A DNA stretch of 64,000 nt from Ignavibacteriota bacterium (GCA_963701295.1 OY969585.1:1632001-1696000), one strand, 5' to 3'; counted from the first letter of the stretch, positions 10,841 through 21,497 are shown. The notes: generated from the letters alone by a model not told the origin. Program-made: numbers and translations.

Positions 10841-11067
10841 GATTATTCTTTCTAATATGAAATCTGACGATAGCTGAGGGCATGCCCAAATCTCCGACAT
10901 GCTTCTCGCCAAAATAGTTGCGAGTTATCAGAAGAGAATCAAGTGGCAAGGCAGGAAAGGAGAAAAGGATCCTTCTTTGGAACTTGTATCGAGATATCAT
11001 CGTTCTCGGATGAAACCATTGGCATAACAATGCGTCTAACTATTAAACAATATAGTATGGAGGAAAT

Positions 11068-11520
11068 ATGGCACACAAAATCATTTCATTCGCCTTCCTG
11101 GTCATAGCAATCAGTCTCTTCGGATGTGCGTCTGAACGATATACACAGAATGATAAAGATCATTCTATGCGAAGAGACACCCTCAGAAGGATGACCCAGC
11201 AAGATGTGATTAATTTGTCGAAAGCTGGCGTGAGCGACAGCCTTATCGTTGACATGATGGATGTAACAGACACCTGGTTCCAATTGAAACCGCAGGAAGT
11301 TATTGATCTCAGAAATGCGGGTGTGAGTGAGAAAGTGATCAGCGCTATGATGACTCAGCCGAGCGAATCATCAAGCCAATCAAGCAATCCCGGTGTGGTA
11401 CGATATTATGGCTATCCACCGTACTTCTGGTATTATGGATTTTATCCGGACTGGTATTATTATCCTCGACTTTCTGTGAGATTAGGATTCAACGGCTTTT
11501 ATCATAGGCGGTTCCGTTAG
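11068..11520 (+). CDS. Hypothetical lipoprotein with two short helical repeats and a Tyr/Gly/Pro-rich tail
   Basis: GGAGG RBS; lipobox LFGC; repeats VINLSKAGVSDSLI and VIDLRNAGVSEKVI. Confidence 0.75.
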   Translation: MAHKIISFAFLVIAISLFGCASERYTQNDKDHSMRRDTLRRMTQQDVINLSKAGVSDSLIVDMMDVTDTWFQLKPQEVIDLRNAGVSEKVISAMMTQPSESSSQSSNPGVVRYYGYPPYFWYYGFYPDWYYYPRLSVRLGFNGFYHRRFR

Positions 11521-11686
11521 CAGAATTCTCTGATCTTAGAGGATAAAAGAGAATTTTTAGAAGCAGGAGTTTCGCTTCAGGTGAAGTTTCGGGTTGAGTG
11601 ATCTTGGTCTCGACAAATCTTTCATCGTCGGAGAATGTTCTTGACAATGGAGAACTTCAACGATAATTTTAACTCGAATCACTAAT

Positions 11687-11722
11687 AAAAAAGCGGAGAA
11701 TCTTAAAAGAGATTCTCCGCTT
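11687..11722 (-). terminator. Intrinsic terminator for the minus-strand operon ending at 11770
   Basis: 13 bp stem AAGCGGAGAATCT/AGATTCTCCGCTT; the A-run on the plus strand is a U-tract on the minus strand. Confidence 0.75.
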
Positions 11723-11769
11723 GTAATACACACAGTCTCTTTTCGAGCCGCTCAAAAAGGTACTGCTAG

Positions 11770-12870
11770 TTATTCGAATATCTTATCAAAGATATTCCAC
11801 GGACCCTCATGTAAGTTTTCCCGCCATGGCCGATTTTTTTTCCATTCTTTATACTGTTCACGCGTCATGATACCGATCGGCCCCTCGTAAATGCCGCCGG
11901 GCCCCCCTCCGTCATATACACGAACAGCGATAACATTATCTGTACCCGACTTCAGTACACCGGCTGAAATGGTATAGGCACGAAACTCTCTATACTCTCC
12001 ATCGAGATTACTTCTTTTTGGATTGCTGCGGATTTTTCCCGTGCGGCCAATTTCTTCTCCATTGACATAAGTTTCATCAAGGTCGTCAATTTTGCCGAGG
12101 AGAAGGACTATCGTTTTTTCCGAGAGTTCTGAAGGCAATTTAAAATGCAGTCTATACCATGCCACGCCATCATACCAAGGATATCCTTGGGATTCCCAGT
12201 ATCCTGGAACAAAAATTTGATTCCATGAGCGGTCATCAAAGGAAGGATCCATCCATTTTTCCGAATCGCCCGTCTTGAACCGCCACTTGCCTACAAATGA
12301 AATTTCCGGAGTAAGATATGTCTTCGATTCGAATAAACCGATCTTGCCGCTCACGATTCCGCCGGCAAGTCCATCATCATAGACACGAACCGCTATGACA
12401 TTGTCTCCTGAAACGTTGAGAGCATTTTGAGAAATAGGGAGAACAACTTCGACGTTGTACGCAGTCGTGTAATCCGGAGGGAAATTGCCGGTAATTCCAA
12501 TAAGCATTCCGTTGAGATAGACTTCGGAAACGTCATCTATACAGCCGAGGCGCAGGTACAGCGCTTTCTTTTCTACTTCTGTAGGCAGCCGGAAATGTTT
12601 ACGGTACCAAGCATATCCATCGTAACCGGGATAACCTTCATCCTCCCATGGAGAGGGAACGAAGATCTCGTCCCATTTCGAATCATCAAAAGCAATGCTT
12701 GCGCGTTTCTCATCATCGCCGAGTTCAAACTTCCATTTTCCGCGGAGGTCGAGGACGGATTTCCAATCTTCTGCCACCGCAAAGGAAACAAGCGTGAGCG
12801 ATAGGAGAATGGCGATTCGGAGGTATCGTGATTTCATGTGACAGAGTATCATCTCTGTATTTTTTTTCAT
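11770..12870 (-). CDS. Secreted protein with two tandem galactose-binding-like (GH2 sugar-binding/jelly-roll) domains and no obvious catalytic domain
   Basis: Two copies of GKWKF...FDDSxW...VPxxWE.GYPxYDGxAWYR...LGxIDD...NVIAVRVYD.GG.GGI. Confidence 0.75.
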   Translation of the reverse strand: MKKNTEMILCHMKSRYLRIAILLSLTLVSFAVAEDWKSVLDLRGKWKFELGDDEKRASIAFDDSKWDEIFVPSPWEDEGYPGYDGYAWYRKHFRLPTEVEKKALYLRLGCIDDVSEVYLNGMLIGITGNFPPDYTTAYNVEVVLPISQNALNVSGDNVIAVRVYDDGLAGGIVSGKIGLFESKTYLTPEISFVGKWRFKTGDSEKWMDPSFDDRSWNQIFVPGYWESQGYPWYDGVAWYRLHFKLPSELSEKTIVLLLGKIDDLDETYVNGEEIGRTGKIRSNPKRSNLDGEYREFRAYTISAGVLKSGTDNVIAVRVYDGGGPGGIYEGPIGIMTREQYKEWKKNRPWRENLHEGPWNIFDKIFE

Positions 12871-12885
12871 ATTGTCCTCGGTTGT

Positions 12886-13311
12886 TTAGTTGGAACTCAA
12901 TAGCGTCTTGGACATTCTTTCAGCCAGTGCGCTAAAAAATGCATCCCGGTCGCTGTACTGACGTGTGGCTTCTGCTTTGAACATTGCCGGGTTAGCAAAC
13001 ACTGCTTCAGCTAGATATGCTTTATATCGAATCACCGGTGTAGTACCGTTAACCACAAGACTTTCAATTTCATCCTTGATCGCTGGAAATTCATCCGCTG
13101 GAATATCCAGCTTTATCATCGTAACAATTGCAAGAGCCGATTCAATGAATCCGTTGTGCTTGGAGCTCAAAGCGGCCGCATAGGTCTTATCCAGTCGCTC
13201 TTTATCTGCAGTAGAAAAATTTTTGAGCACAGGGAAAAAGGTTTGTGCTTGTGAAAGATTAGTTATCGCAAATATCATCAGTGCAGCCAATACCATTTGT
13301 TTCTTGTTCAT
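12886..13311 (-). CDS. Hypothetical secreted protein
   Basis: ATG 13311 with AGGAGG RBS; signal peptide MNKKQMVLAALMIFAITNLSQA. Confidence 0.7.
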   Translation of the reverse strand: MNKKQMVLAALMIFAITNLSQAQTFFPVLKNFSTADKERLDKTYAAALSSKHNGFIESALAIVTMIKLDIPADEFPAIKDEIESLVVNGTTPVIRYKAYLAEAVFANPAMFKAEATRQYSDRDAFFSALAERMSKTLLSSN

Positions 13312-13424
13312 GACATCCTCCTGAAAAGTTGTGGATTTATATTTCATTGACTGATACATAATACGCCCACAGAAGGTCAAAGATGTCATGATAGGGTCAA
13401 GAATTGTAAAAGATTATCATGGAA

Positions 13425-14105
13425 TCAAGCGATCAACTTGTATCCCATGCCATGAATGGTGAAGATGATTTTGGGATGGGCAGGATCATCCTCGATTTTT
13501 TGCCGTATCTTCAAAATAAAATTATCTATCGTCCGCGTGCTTACCGATTCGTCATATCCCCAGACGTTCGTTAAAAGGTCGTCCCGGCTGACGGTCTCAT
13601 TACGGTGCTGCCAAAGATATTTCACGATCTCGAACTCTTTCGGCGTCATGGAAAATTCTTTTCCATTCTTCGAACCGCAATAACTGGCAAAATTTATTAT
13701 AATATCTCCAAGCACCATTATCGTATCACCGGCACCAGAGGGTGCTGTACGGCGCAAAAGGGCATTCACCCGCGCGATGAGTTCGCGCAAGCTGAATGGT
13801 TTTGTGACGTAATCATCTGCGCCCAGCTCCAATCCGAGAACTTTATCGATCTCTTCGCCTTTTGCAGTCAGCATAAGGATGGGTGTGCGGATTCCTTTCT
13901 CTCTTGATTTCCGTACGACATCGAATCCCGACATCTGCGGAAGCATGACATCCAGAATAACGAGATCGAATGATTCGCGGAGCAAAGTTTGATATCCGCT
14001 GCTGCCGTCTCCTACAACCATAACCTCGTGCCCTTCGAACTCAAGGTTGTCGCGCAAACCACGTTGCATCTGGGGTTCATCTTCAACAAGAAGTATCCGT
14101 GCCAT
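13425..14105 (-). CDS. OmpR/PhoB-family response regulator
   Basis: REC domain (LVEDE, LDVMLP, GADDYVTKPF) plus winged helix (TRTIDNFI, HGMGYK). Confidence 0.93.
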   Translation of the reverse strand: MARILLVEDEPQMQRGLRDNLEFEGHEVMVVGDGSSGYQTLLRESFDLVILDVMLPQMSGFDVVRKSREKGIRTPILMLTAKGEEIDKVLGLELGADDYVTKPFSLRELIARVNALLRRTAPSGAGDTIMVLGDIIINFASYCGSKNGKEFSMTPKEFEIVKYLWQHRNETVSRDDLLTNVWGYDESVSTRTIDNFILKIRQKIEDDPAHPKIIFTIHGMGYKLIA

Positions 14106-14110
14106 AGTGA

Positions 14111-15727
14111 TTATCCTTTGTGCGTCGAATCTGATCGGTTCACAATTGGAAACAGAAGTCGGAATGTGCTTCCCTTGCCGGGTACACTTTCAAGTTCTAT
14201 CGTTCCCCCGTGTGCGTCCATAATGTGGCTGACGAGAGAAAGACCGAGTCCGCTGCCTTTGATGTTGTTTGTCAGTCCAGTTGAAACACGGTAAAAGGTT
14301 TCGAAGATTTTTTTATGGTAATGCTTATCGATACCGATGCCATGGTCTTCTACTTCCACATAGATCATACGATCTGTTTGGCCCGTTTTGATCCGCACAT
14401 ACTTGTCGGCAGCGGAGTATTTTACGGCGTTATCGAGAATATTGATGAGCGCTTCGGCTATGGCTTCACCATCAGCGTGAACAGCCGGCAAGTTTTCACC
14501 AACCTGTACAGAAGTTATGAATTCTTCATGCTCCAAATGAGAAGTATACGTCTTTAAAACGCCGGTGATAACATCGTTAAGTGCGATCTGCTCAAAATGA
14601 TATTGTTTTTTCCCCGCTTCCATCCGGGAAAAGTTCAAAATGTTATTGATGAGGCGCGTTAGCCGCTCGGTCTCCTGGAGAATGGTTTCATAATATTCAT
14701 CTTTCTTTTCTTCTGTTTGCACCCTCTTCATGGAAAGCGTTTCTGTGAACATTCGGATAAGGGATAGTGGTGTCCGCAGCTCGTGTGAAACATTCGACAC
14801 GAAATCTCCTTTTAGCCGCACAAGCTCCATTTCCTTTTTCAGAGTGCGATACATAAGCCATACAGCTCCGATAAGAAGAATATCCAGAACTCCAATAAGG
14901 ATAAGATTTCGTTCTGCCCTTGCCTTTACAACATCTTCAACGCTGGTTCCTCTTAACCTGATGCCGATGCTGTGACCTGGAAAGAGCCAGAGGTCTTTGA
15001 TTTCCCGAAGCTCTGTGATTTCAACGGGAGACGTTGAGAGAACGATTTGTCGGTTCCGGCGGTCGAACACTGCGAGCAGAAATTCCTCTCCGGCAGCTTG
15101 CTCGATTTTTGCTTGGAGAACATCGGTGAGAAATGACTTTGCATCGATCAAAAACCCGGCTATTTTCTGCTCCGGGAATCGGGACGATGTCACAAACATG
15201 AGTAACAACCCCTGACCCGAAACACTATCCCCGATGATGACAGGTTCAATTTTCCGATAGCCGGAAGATGCATATCGCAATAATTTTTCGATGGTCGCTG
15301 ATTGGTTTTGCAGAGAAGATACTGAGATATTCTCATTACCTCTTGCCTTTTCTTTTTTCTGCTGCGTCACGAAAGAAATAGAATGACCTGTAGAATCAAA
15401 GTAGAATACACCATGAACGGCTACCCTCTTGTTCAGAAATATTCTCGTGTCAGAATCCACGCGTGAAGGTTGAGAGGTGATGAGAAGTGCATTGATCTCA
15501 CCAGACCAGCTTTGAGCGACATCCAGCGCATACTGGTTGATTGAAAAAAGAATAACATCCAGTTGTTTTATGTAAATCGATTGAATCAGTTCTTCAGTCG
15601 AACTTAATGAGCTTACTTCATAGGCCGAATAAAAGAGTACGGGCAGAAGGGCGACAAGCACAAAGATGATACCAATCTTGTGTCCGTTTTCTATTCTGCG
15701 CGCTTTGATATATTTATTATTTTTCAT
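14111..15727 (-). CDS. Membrane sensor histidine kinase
   Basis: Two TM helices flank a periplasmic domain; H-box VSHELRTPL, NILDNAVKY, DHGIGI and GSGLGL. Confidence 0.92.
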   Translation of the reverse strand: MKNNKYIKARRIENGHKIGIIFVLVALLPVLFYSAYEVSSLSSTEELIQSIYIKQLDVILFSINQYALDVAQSWSGEINALLITSQPSRVDSDTRIFLNKRVAVHGVFYFDSTGHSISFVTQQKKEKARGNENISVSSLQNQSATIEKLLRYASSGYRKIEPVIIGDSVSGQGLLLMFVTSSRFPEQKIAGFLIDAKSFLTDVLQAKIEQAAGEEFLLAVFDRRNRQIVLSTSPVEITELREIKDLWLFPGHSIGIRLRGTSVEDVVKARAERNLILIGVLDILLIGAVWLMYRTLKKEMELVRLKGDFVSNVSHELRTPLSLIRMFTETLSMKRVQTEEKKDEYYETILQETERLTRLINNILNFSRMEAGKKQYHFEQIALNDVITGVLKTYTSHLEHEEFITSVQVGENLPAVHADGEAIAEALINILDNAVKYSAADKYVRIKTGQTDRMIYVEVEDHGIGIDKHYHKKIFETFYRVSTGLTNNIKGSGLGLSLVSHIMDAHGGTIELESVPGKGSTFRLLFPIVNRSDSTHKG

Positions 15728-16070
15728 TTCGCTATGTGAAATTCAATTACCATTTCCTCATTCCAACTCTGAACAAAATACTCCAGAGATCAATCAAAGG
15801 CAAGCATTTCATGTGTAAGTCAATACAATAAAGACAAGAGCATGCCATCGATAATATTTTCATACTTCAACATTTTATGTGTCTCCTTTTCTATCAGAAA
15901 GGTTTCTTCGCACGCAATGAGAAGTTGTTTGATTTCAGATACTGGAAAAACCATAAAGGTAAAACTTTTGAAAGTATCCAAGTATTGTCATCTCGTTTAC
16001 AAAATCGTATATTAATCCATGAAAAGTTTTTTTATGATGGACTCTAAGTTCAATATTCGAGGATCCTGCA

Positions 16071-16749
16071 GTGAATGAATTAGTTGAAAAAATAGGTCAA
16101 TGTGTAGAACGAGGAAAGATTAATAAAATATCATCATATCCTAACGATATGAAAGGAGTGGATGGTGCCGAAGAGTTAACCGTGCAAGCATTGGAAACCG
16201 CTGTGAAACCTAGTGCCATACTTCAGGCATGTACCTGACGGCATGCAGCGTATTGGAGAGCGATTCAGTAAAAATGAAGTGTTTGTTCCGGAACTTTTGA
16301 TGGCAGCGAAAGCGATGCATACTGTCATGGTTCAGCTTGAGCCATTTTTTAAATCGGGGAGTGTGAAGGTGAAAGGAAAATTTATTCTTGGAACCGTTAC
16401 AGGCGACTTACATAACATCGGTAAAAATCTTGTTCGGATGGTTGTAGAAGGAAATGGTTGGCAGGTTGTTGATTTGGGTGTAGATGTCAAACCTGCAAAG
16501 TTTTTAGAAGCGATTAAAAATACTCCGGGATGTATAGTCGGGTTAAGCACTTTATTGACAACAACAATGGCAAATATGTCGAAAACCGTACAAGAAATCA
16601 AAACCAATTTTCCTACGACGAGTATTATCGTAGGTGGTGCGCCGCTGACAATGGAGGCTGCACTCAAAATGGGTGCTGATGGATATTCTCCTGACCCGCA
16701 AGGTGCGGTCGCATTTCTTAACAAAGTCAGTGGAGTGAATATTGCTTGA
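16071..16749 (+). CDS. Corrinoid (B12-binding) methyltransferase protein, interrupted by a 1 nt frameshift near 16234
   Basis: GTG 16071 with GAGGA RBS reads 55 aa (MNELVEKIGQCVERGK...LQACT*). It continues in the +1 frame as DGMQRIGERF..VFVPELL..GDLHNIG (DxHxxG), GLSTLL and IVGGAP. Confidence 0.85.
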
Positions 16750-16808
16750 AAGAAACTGTTCCTTTGTAACACAGAGCTGTATACTTGAAGAAATTTGCAG
16801 GGTAGAAA

Positions 16809-17693
16809 ATGAGCTCACTTCTTGCGGCACTTAAAAGTAAAAACATTCTCATCTCAGATGGAGCGTGGGGTACATTCCTGCATCAACGTGGATTGCAGCC
16901 GGGGGAATGTCCGGAGTTATGGAATATTACCCATCGCAATGATGTTTTCGCAATTGCAAAAAGCTATATAGATGCCGGAGCTGATATGATCCTTACCAAC
17001 AGTTTTGGCGGCAGCCCCTCAAAATTAGAACATTTTGGACTGCAGAACCGTTGTGCGGAATTGAATGAAACCGCCGCTGTTATATCCAGAACTGCGGCAG
17101 GCACCGATCATCTTGTACCTGGCTCCATTGGTCCTACGGGTGTTATGTTGATGATGGGAGAGGTTTCTGAAGAGACACTCTACGATGGATTCTGCGTTCA
17201 AGCGAAGGCTCTTAAAAGAGGAGGCGTTGACGCCATTTGTATTGAAACCATGTCCGCTCTTGATGAAGCTTGTCTCGCAATCCAAGCAGTCCGCAAATCT
17301 ACCGGTTTGGAAGTTGTATGCACGTTTACTTTTGAAAAAACTGTTTCCGGCGAATATCGGACTATGATGGGTGTCTCACCCGCTGAAATGGTTCTAGCTG
17401 TTAAGGAGGCTGGAGCAGTTATCGTCGGGACGAATTGCGGTAATGGATTCGATCAGATGATTGACATAGTTCAGGAAATCAGAAGTATTGATTCAGTAAC
17501 GCCCATTCTTGTTCATGCGAATGCCGGAAAACCGATATTTCAGAATGGCAAAACGGTTTTTCCTGAAACACCAGAAATGATGGCAGCGAAGGTCCTGGAA
17601 ATAATAAAATCCGGGGCAAATATTATCGGCGGTTGCTGCGGTACAACACCAACCCATATCCAAAAATTGGTTGATGCAGTGAGAATTCTCTGA
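16809..17693 (+). CDS. Homocysteine S-methyltransferase domain protein (stand-alone MetH Hcy-binding module)
   Basis: DGAWGT, TNSFG, IETM, and the Zn-ligand motifs GTNC and GGCCG. Confidence 0.88.
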   Translation: MSSLLAALKSKNILISDGAWGTFLHQRGLQPGECPELWNITHRNDVFAIAKSYIDAGADMILTNSFGGSPSKLEHFGLQNRCAELNETAAVISRTAAGTDHLVPGSIGPTGVMLMMGEVSEETLYDGFCVQAKALKRGGVDAICIETMSALDEACLAIQAVRKSTGLEVVCTFTFEKTVSGEYRTMMGVSPAEMVLAVKEAGAVIVGTNCGNGFDQMIDIVQEIRSIDSVTPILVHANAGKPIFQNGKTVFPETPEMMAAKVLEIIKSGANIIGGCCGTTPTHIQKLVDAVRIL

Positions 17694-18448
17694 TGACCGA
17701 CGGCTTTTCTCATGTTGAGAAAGAAAAAGATGTTTTTGAAGCCATGATTGACTTCAAAGATCTTAAAGTAAGCAAGACTGAAGTTGTCTTATCACTCGGA
17801 TACAGCGATGCTATTCTTCCCGCTCATTTTGAAAAGATGATCGATACTATTCTTGATCAACTGTCAAACTATTGTACAGTACAGGCAGGATATCGGATTC
17901 TTGATGTCCAAAAATCGGGAAAACGAAACGACGGCTTAGTGATTGGTGGTTCGTTCTTCGCGCTGAAGAAGATCGTTACCAGCCATCTCAAAAAATCCGA
18001 AAAAGCAGTGTTGTTTGTATGCACCATCGGTTCTGGGATGGAAACATGGGCAAAAGAATTATCCAACGAAGGCGATATTGCATTAAGCTATCTTGTTGAT
18101 ACGGTTGCATCGATAACGGTAGAACAGGCAGCCGATGTGCTTCATGATTATATAGGAAAGCATATGCTGGCTCTTGGATTGAAAATTACGAACAGGTACA
18201 GTCCGGGCTATTGTGATTGGCTGGTGGCGGAACAGCACCTTCTTTTTTCATTTCTGCCGGCTCAATTCTGTGGAATAACACTCACAGAATCCGCGCTCAT
18301 GATCCCCATAAAATCTGTGAGCGGAATTATTGGCGCCGGGACGGCAGTCAAGAGAGTTGATTATATGTGTAATACATGTGGTATGAAGGATTGTACATAT
18401 CGCGCATACCGTCGAGCAAAGACAAAACGTGCTGATCGGAAAATGTAA
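17693..18448 (+). CDS. Stand-alone B12-dependent methionine synthase activation-domain protein
   Basis: FVCTIG, RYSPGYCDW and MIPIKSVSGIIG motifs; C-terminal CxxC..C; TGATG overlap with the upstream gene. Confidence 0.85.
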   Translation: MTDGFSHVEKEKDVFEAMIDFKDLKVSKTEVVLSLGYSDAILPAHFEKMIDTILDQLSNYCTVQAGYRILDVQKSGKRNDGLVIGGSFFALKKIVTSHLKKSEKAVLFVCTIGSGMETWAKELSNEGDIALSYLVDTVASITVEQAADVLHDYIGKHMLALGLKITNRYSPGYCDWLVAEQHLLFSFLPAQFCGITLTESALMIPIKSVSGIIGAGTAVKRVDYMCNTCGMKDCTYRAYRRAKTKRADRKM

Positions 18449-18508
18449 AGGTAAAGAACGATCATAAAAAAAATCAAGAGATCATTGCCTACGTAGAGAT
18501 GGGAAAAA

Positions 18509-19534
18509 ATGACTGATCAACAATGGAAAACTTTGCAGGGAATAATGAGGGGCGAAGCCGTAAAACCTTTACCGGTTGGTTTTATTATTGATTGCCCGTG
18601 GCTTCCCAATTGGTATAATATCAAGATACTCGATTACTTCTCCAATGACGAATTGTGGCTGAATGCAAATTTAAAGGCGTTGAAAGACTTTCCGGATGTA
18701 ATGTTTTTACCTGGCTTCTGGTCCGAATTTGGCATGTGCACAGAACCATCGGCATTTGGAGCACGCTGTACCTTCCCGCTGAATGAATTTCCACATGCTC
18801 ATAGAATCCTCCAATCAGTTGATGATATCGACTCGTTACCGCAGCCGAACCCCAAGACGGATGGCCTGTTGCCATTTGTACTGAATCGTTTAAAGCTTGC
18901 CCGGCCAAAAATTGAAGTGGCAGGGCATAAAATCCGGTTCGCAGTTGCCCGCGGCCCCTTGAATATTGCCAGCTATCTTATGGGTTTGACAGAATTTTTA
19001 ACAATGATGATGATGCGGCCCGAAAAAGCCGAAGCACTCATGAAAAAGATTACAACATTTCTCAAAAACTGGCTGCATTTGCAAATGGAAACATTTTCAT
19101 CTATCGATGGCATTTTCATCCTGGATGATATCATCGGGTTTATGGGTGAAGAAGAGTTCCGTAATTTTGGCATGCCGTACTTTAAGGAATTGTACAATAC
19201 CAATGTCTCTGTTAAATTCCTGCATAATGACGCTCCCTGTAAGGTGTCTGCGCCTCTTCTGCCTGAGATCGGAGTAAACTTGTTCAACATGGGTTTCGAT
19301 ATTACACTGAATGAATTGAAGCAGTTGACACAGAATAAAGTTACACTGCTCGGCAATATTCCTCCGCGTGATGTATTGGCAAACGGTGATGCCGCTCAGG
19401 TGATCCAAGTGACTACTCAGCTTGTAGATTCCTTAAAAGATACATCCAGAGTGATTTTTTCATGTGGAGGCGGTATACCGCCGGGAGTTAGGTCGGAGAA
19501 TATCAACGCATTTATCCGCGCCGTCAGAAAGTAA
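18509..19534 (+). CDS. Uroporphyrinogen decarboxylase-fold (MtaA/CmuA-like) methyltransferase
   Basis: EPSAFGA, RGPLNIAS, LDD, FLHND, LLGNIPP and IFSCGGG motifs; corrinoid gene context. Confidence 0.8.
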   Translation: MTDQQWKTLQGIMRGEAVKPLPVGFIIDCPWLPNWYNIKILDYFSNDELWLNANLKALKDFPDVMFLPGFWSEFGMCTEPSAFGARCTFPLNEFPHAHRILQSVDDIDSLPQPNPKTDGLLPFVLNRLKLARPKIEVAGHKIRFAVARGPLNIASYLMGLTEFLTMMMMRPEKAEALMKKITTFLKNWLHLQMETFSSIDGIFILDDIIGFMGEEEFRNFGMPYFKELYNTNVSVKFLHNDAPCKVSAPLLPEIGVNLFNMGFDITLNELKQLTQNKVTLLGNIPPRDVLANGDAAQVIQVTTQLVDSLKDTSRVIFSCGGGIPPGVRSENINAFIRAVRK

Positions 19535-19900
19535 TTGCAAAGCATTACGAATTGATGTTACGTACGTAGTCAGTGACCAACCTTTGAGAAATACGTTTGG
19601 CGTTTCTCCGTGTTTTTAAAAAAAGTAAAAGTTCTCACAAAACTGCAAAGAATGAAAAGAAATTTAACCGTGCAGAATCCGGTTTCATCAAAACACAAAA
19701 AATGATAATGTTCAATAAGAGATGAATAAATGAAAAAACAAAACTGTAAACTATATAGATACAAACATTCTTGATAGTGCATAGGTGAAACTTATCATGA
19801 ATAAAATACACAAAAGATCACTAGGAACATTGCTCTTTGGAACAGCAATAGCAATCAATATAACAGAAGCATGCATGAGAAAAAGAGAAAGAACACTTCG

Positions 19901-21172
19901 ATGGCAGAAAATGAAAAAGGCAAAAAGAGAATAGGTTCTTATCGTTGGACGATCTGTGCGTTGCTATTCTTTGGCACAACGATCAACTACATTGATCGGC
20001 AAGTCTTGGGTATTCTTGCGCCGTTGCTGCAGAGTGAAATCAAATGGACCGAATCTGAATATGGATGGATTGTAACAGCGTTTCAAGCCGCTTATGCTCT
20101 TGGCCTTCTTTTGTTCGGCTGGCTTATTGATAAATATGGAACAAAAATCGGTTATTTCATTTCGGTAACTGCGTGGAGTTTTGCGGCAATAGCACATGCG
20201 ATAGTGAAAACACCATTTGGGTTTGGTGCTGCACGTGCAGGACTCGGATTAAGCGAGGCAGGGAATTTTCCTGCCGCCATTAAAACGGTTGCTGAATGGT
20301 TCCCCAAAAAGGAACGTGCCCTGGCGACAGGTATATTTAATTCTGGCGCAAATATCGGTGCAGTTGTTGCACCGGCGGCAGTACCGTGGCTCACAATTAC
20401 GTATGGATGGCAGGCTGCTTTTGCCGTCACAGGTATGGTCGGCTTTATTTGGGTAGTTTTTTGGACCCTTCTGTATGAAAAACCAGAAAAACAAAAACGT
20501 CTTTCGTCTGCTGAATTGGATTTTATTTTAAGTGATCGAGAGAAAGTGATTTCGGAAAAAGTACCATGGATCGGATTGTTAAAATATCGTCAGACGTGGG
20601 CTTTCGTTCTCGGAAAATTTTTTACTGATCCAATCTGGTGGTTTTATCTCTATTGGCTGCCAAAATTTTTAAATAAAACATATGGATTAACACTCACGAA
20701 TCTAGGCTTGCCGCTGATTACGATCTATATGATGACGAGTATAGGAAGTATCGGGGGAGGATGGTTGTCTTCGTTCTTTATACGACGAGGCGCTGCAATT
20801 ATGAAAAGCCGGGAAGTAGTCATGCTTCTGTGCGGGATTTGTGTATTACCAATCATCACAGCTTCAGAAGTATCAAATGTCTGGAGTGCAGTGGGACTTA
20901 TCGGACTGGCTGCTGCGGCACATCAAGGATTTTCTGCTAATCTCTATACGATGGTGTCGGATATGTTTCCCAAGAAGGCAGTTGGCTCGATTGTCGGATT
21001 GGGAGGAATGGCGGGTTCTGTGAGCGGAATGCTCTTTTCTGTAACGACAGGATATATTTTAGAATGGACAGGAAGCTATATCTCGCTTTTTCTTATCGCT
21101 GCTCCAACATATTTGATTGCGTTGAGTCTCATTCATGTGCTAACACACAAAGTAAAACCGGTGGTTTTTTGA
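19901..21172 (+). CDS. exuT: MFS hexuronate transporter (ExuT-like)
   Basis: RWTICALLF..INYIDRQ, EAGNFPAA, EWFPKKERALATGIFNSG, DPIWWFYLYWLP and AAHQ motifs. Confidence 0.8.
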   Translation: MAENEKGKKRIGSYRWTICALLFFGTTINYIDRQVLGILAPLLQSEIKWTESEYGWIVTAFQAAYALGLLLFGWLIDKYGTKIGYFISVTAWSFAAIAHAIVKTPFGFGAARAGLGLSEAGNFPAAIKTVAEWFPKKERALATGIFNSGANIGAVVAPAAVPWLTITYGWQAAFAVTGMVGFIWVVFWTLLYEKPEKQKRLSSAELDFILSDREKVISEKVPWIGLLKYRQTWAFVLGKFFTDPIWWFYLYWLPKFLNKTYGLTLTNLGLPLITIYMMTSIGSIGGGWLSSFFIRRGAAIMKSREVVMLLCGICVLPIITASEVSNVWSAVGLIGLAAAAHQGFSANLYTMVSDMFPKKAVGSIVGLGGMAGSVSGMLFSVTTGYILEWTGSYISLFLIAAPTYLIALSLIHVLTHKVKPVVF

Positions 21173-21497
21173 TCCTGTATTTAAAAAGTGAGCAGAAAAT
21201 ATTATGTCGAAATAATTCTTGAATGAGTGTCCTGCTTTTGGAAAAAGTTTTTATACATGAAAGTAGAAAATAGAAATAATCCATGAAGAAGAAAGTGATA
21301 GAGGCGCCGATATCTTCTTCTCTTTTTTTCTAACTCGTTGATCCACGAAAATTATTCCACCCGTTGTGAGGAAGACCTGCCATACAAATGACGGGTATAT
21401 GTTCTCCTGAACCTGCGTTTAAAAATGATGTATCCCCTCGAATCAAGAGGAATTTGCAGAAAAACAAGCCCTTTGGTAATAATACCAAACTCATATA

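Noticed and set aside
11019-11036. Sigma54 promoter TTGGCATAACAATGC
   Set aside because: The GG-to-GC spacing is 9 nt rather than the required 10.
15730-16070. Cobalamin riboswitch upstream of the corrinoid cluster
   Set aside because: No B12-box or GGGAA/GCCCCCGCAACTGT-type core is visible.
19837-19853. Sigma54-like TTGGAACAGCAATAGCA before exuT
   Set aside because: The spacing is right, but both boxes deviate from consensus and there is no second copy or enhancer to support it.
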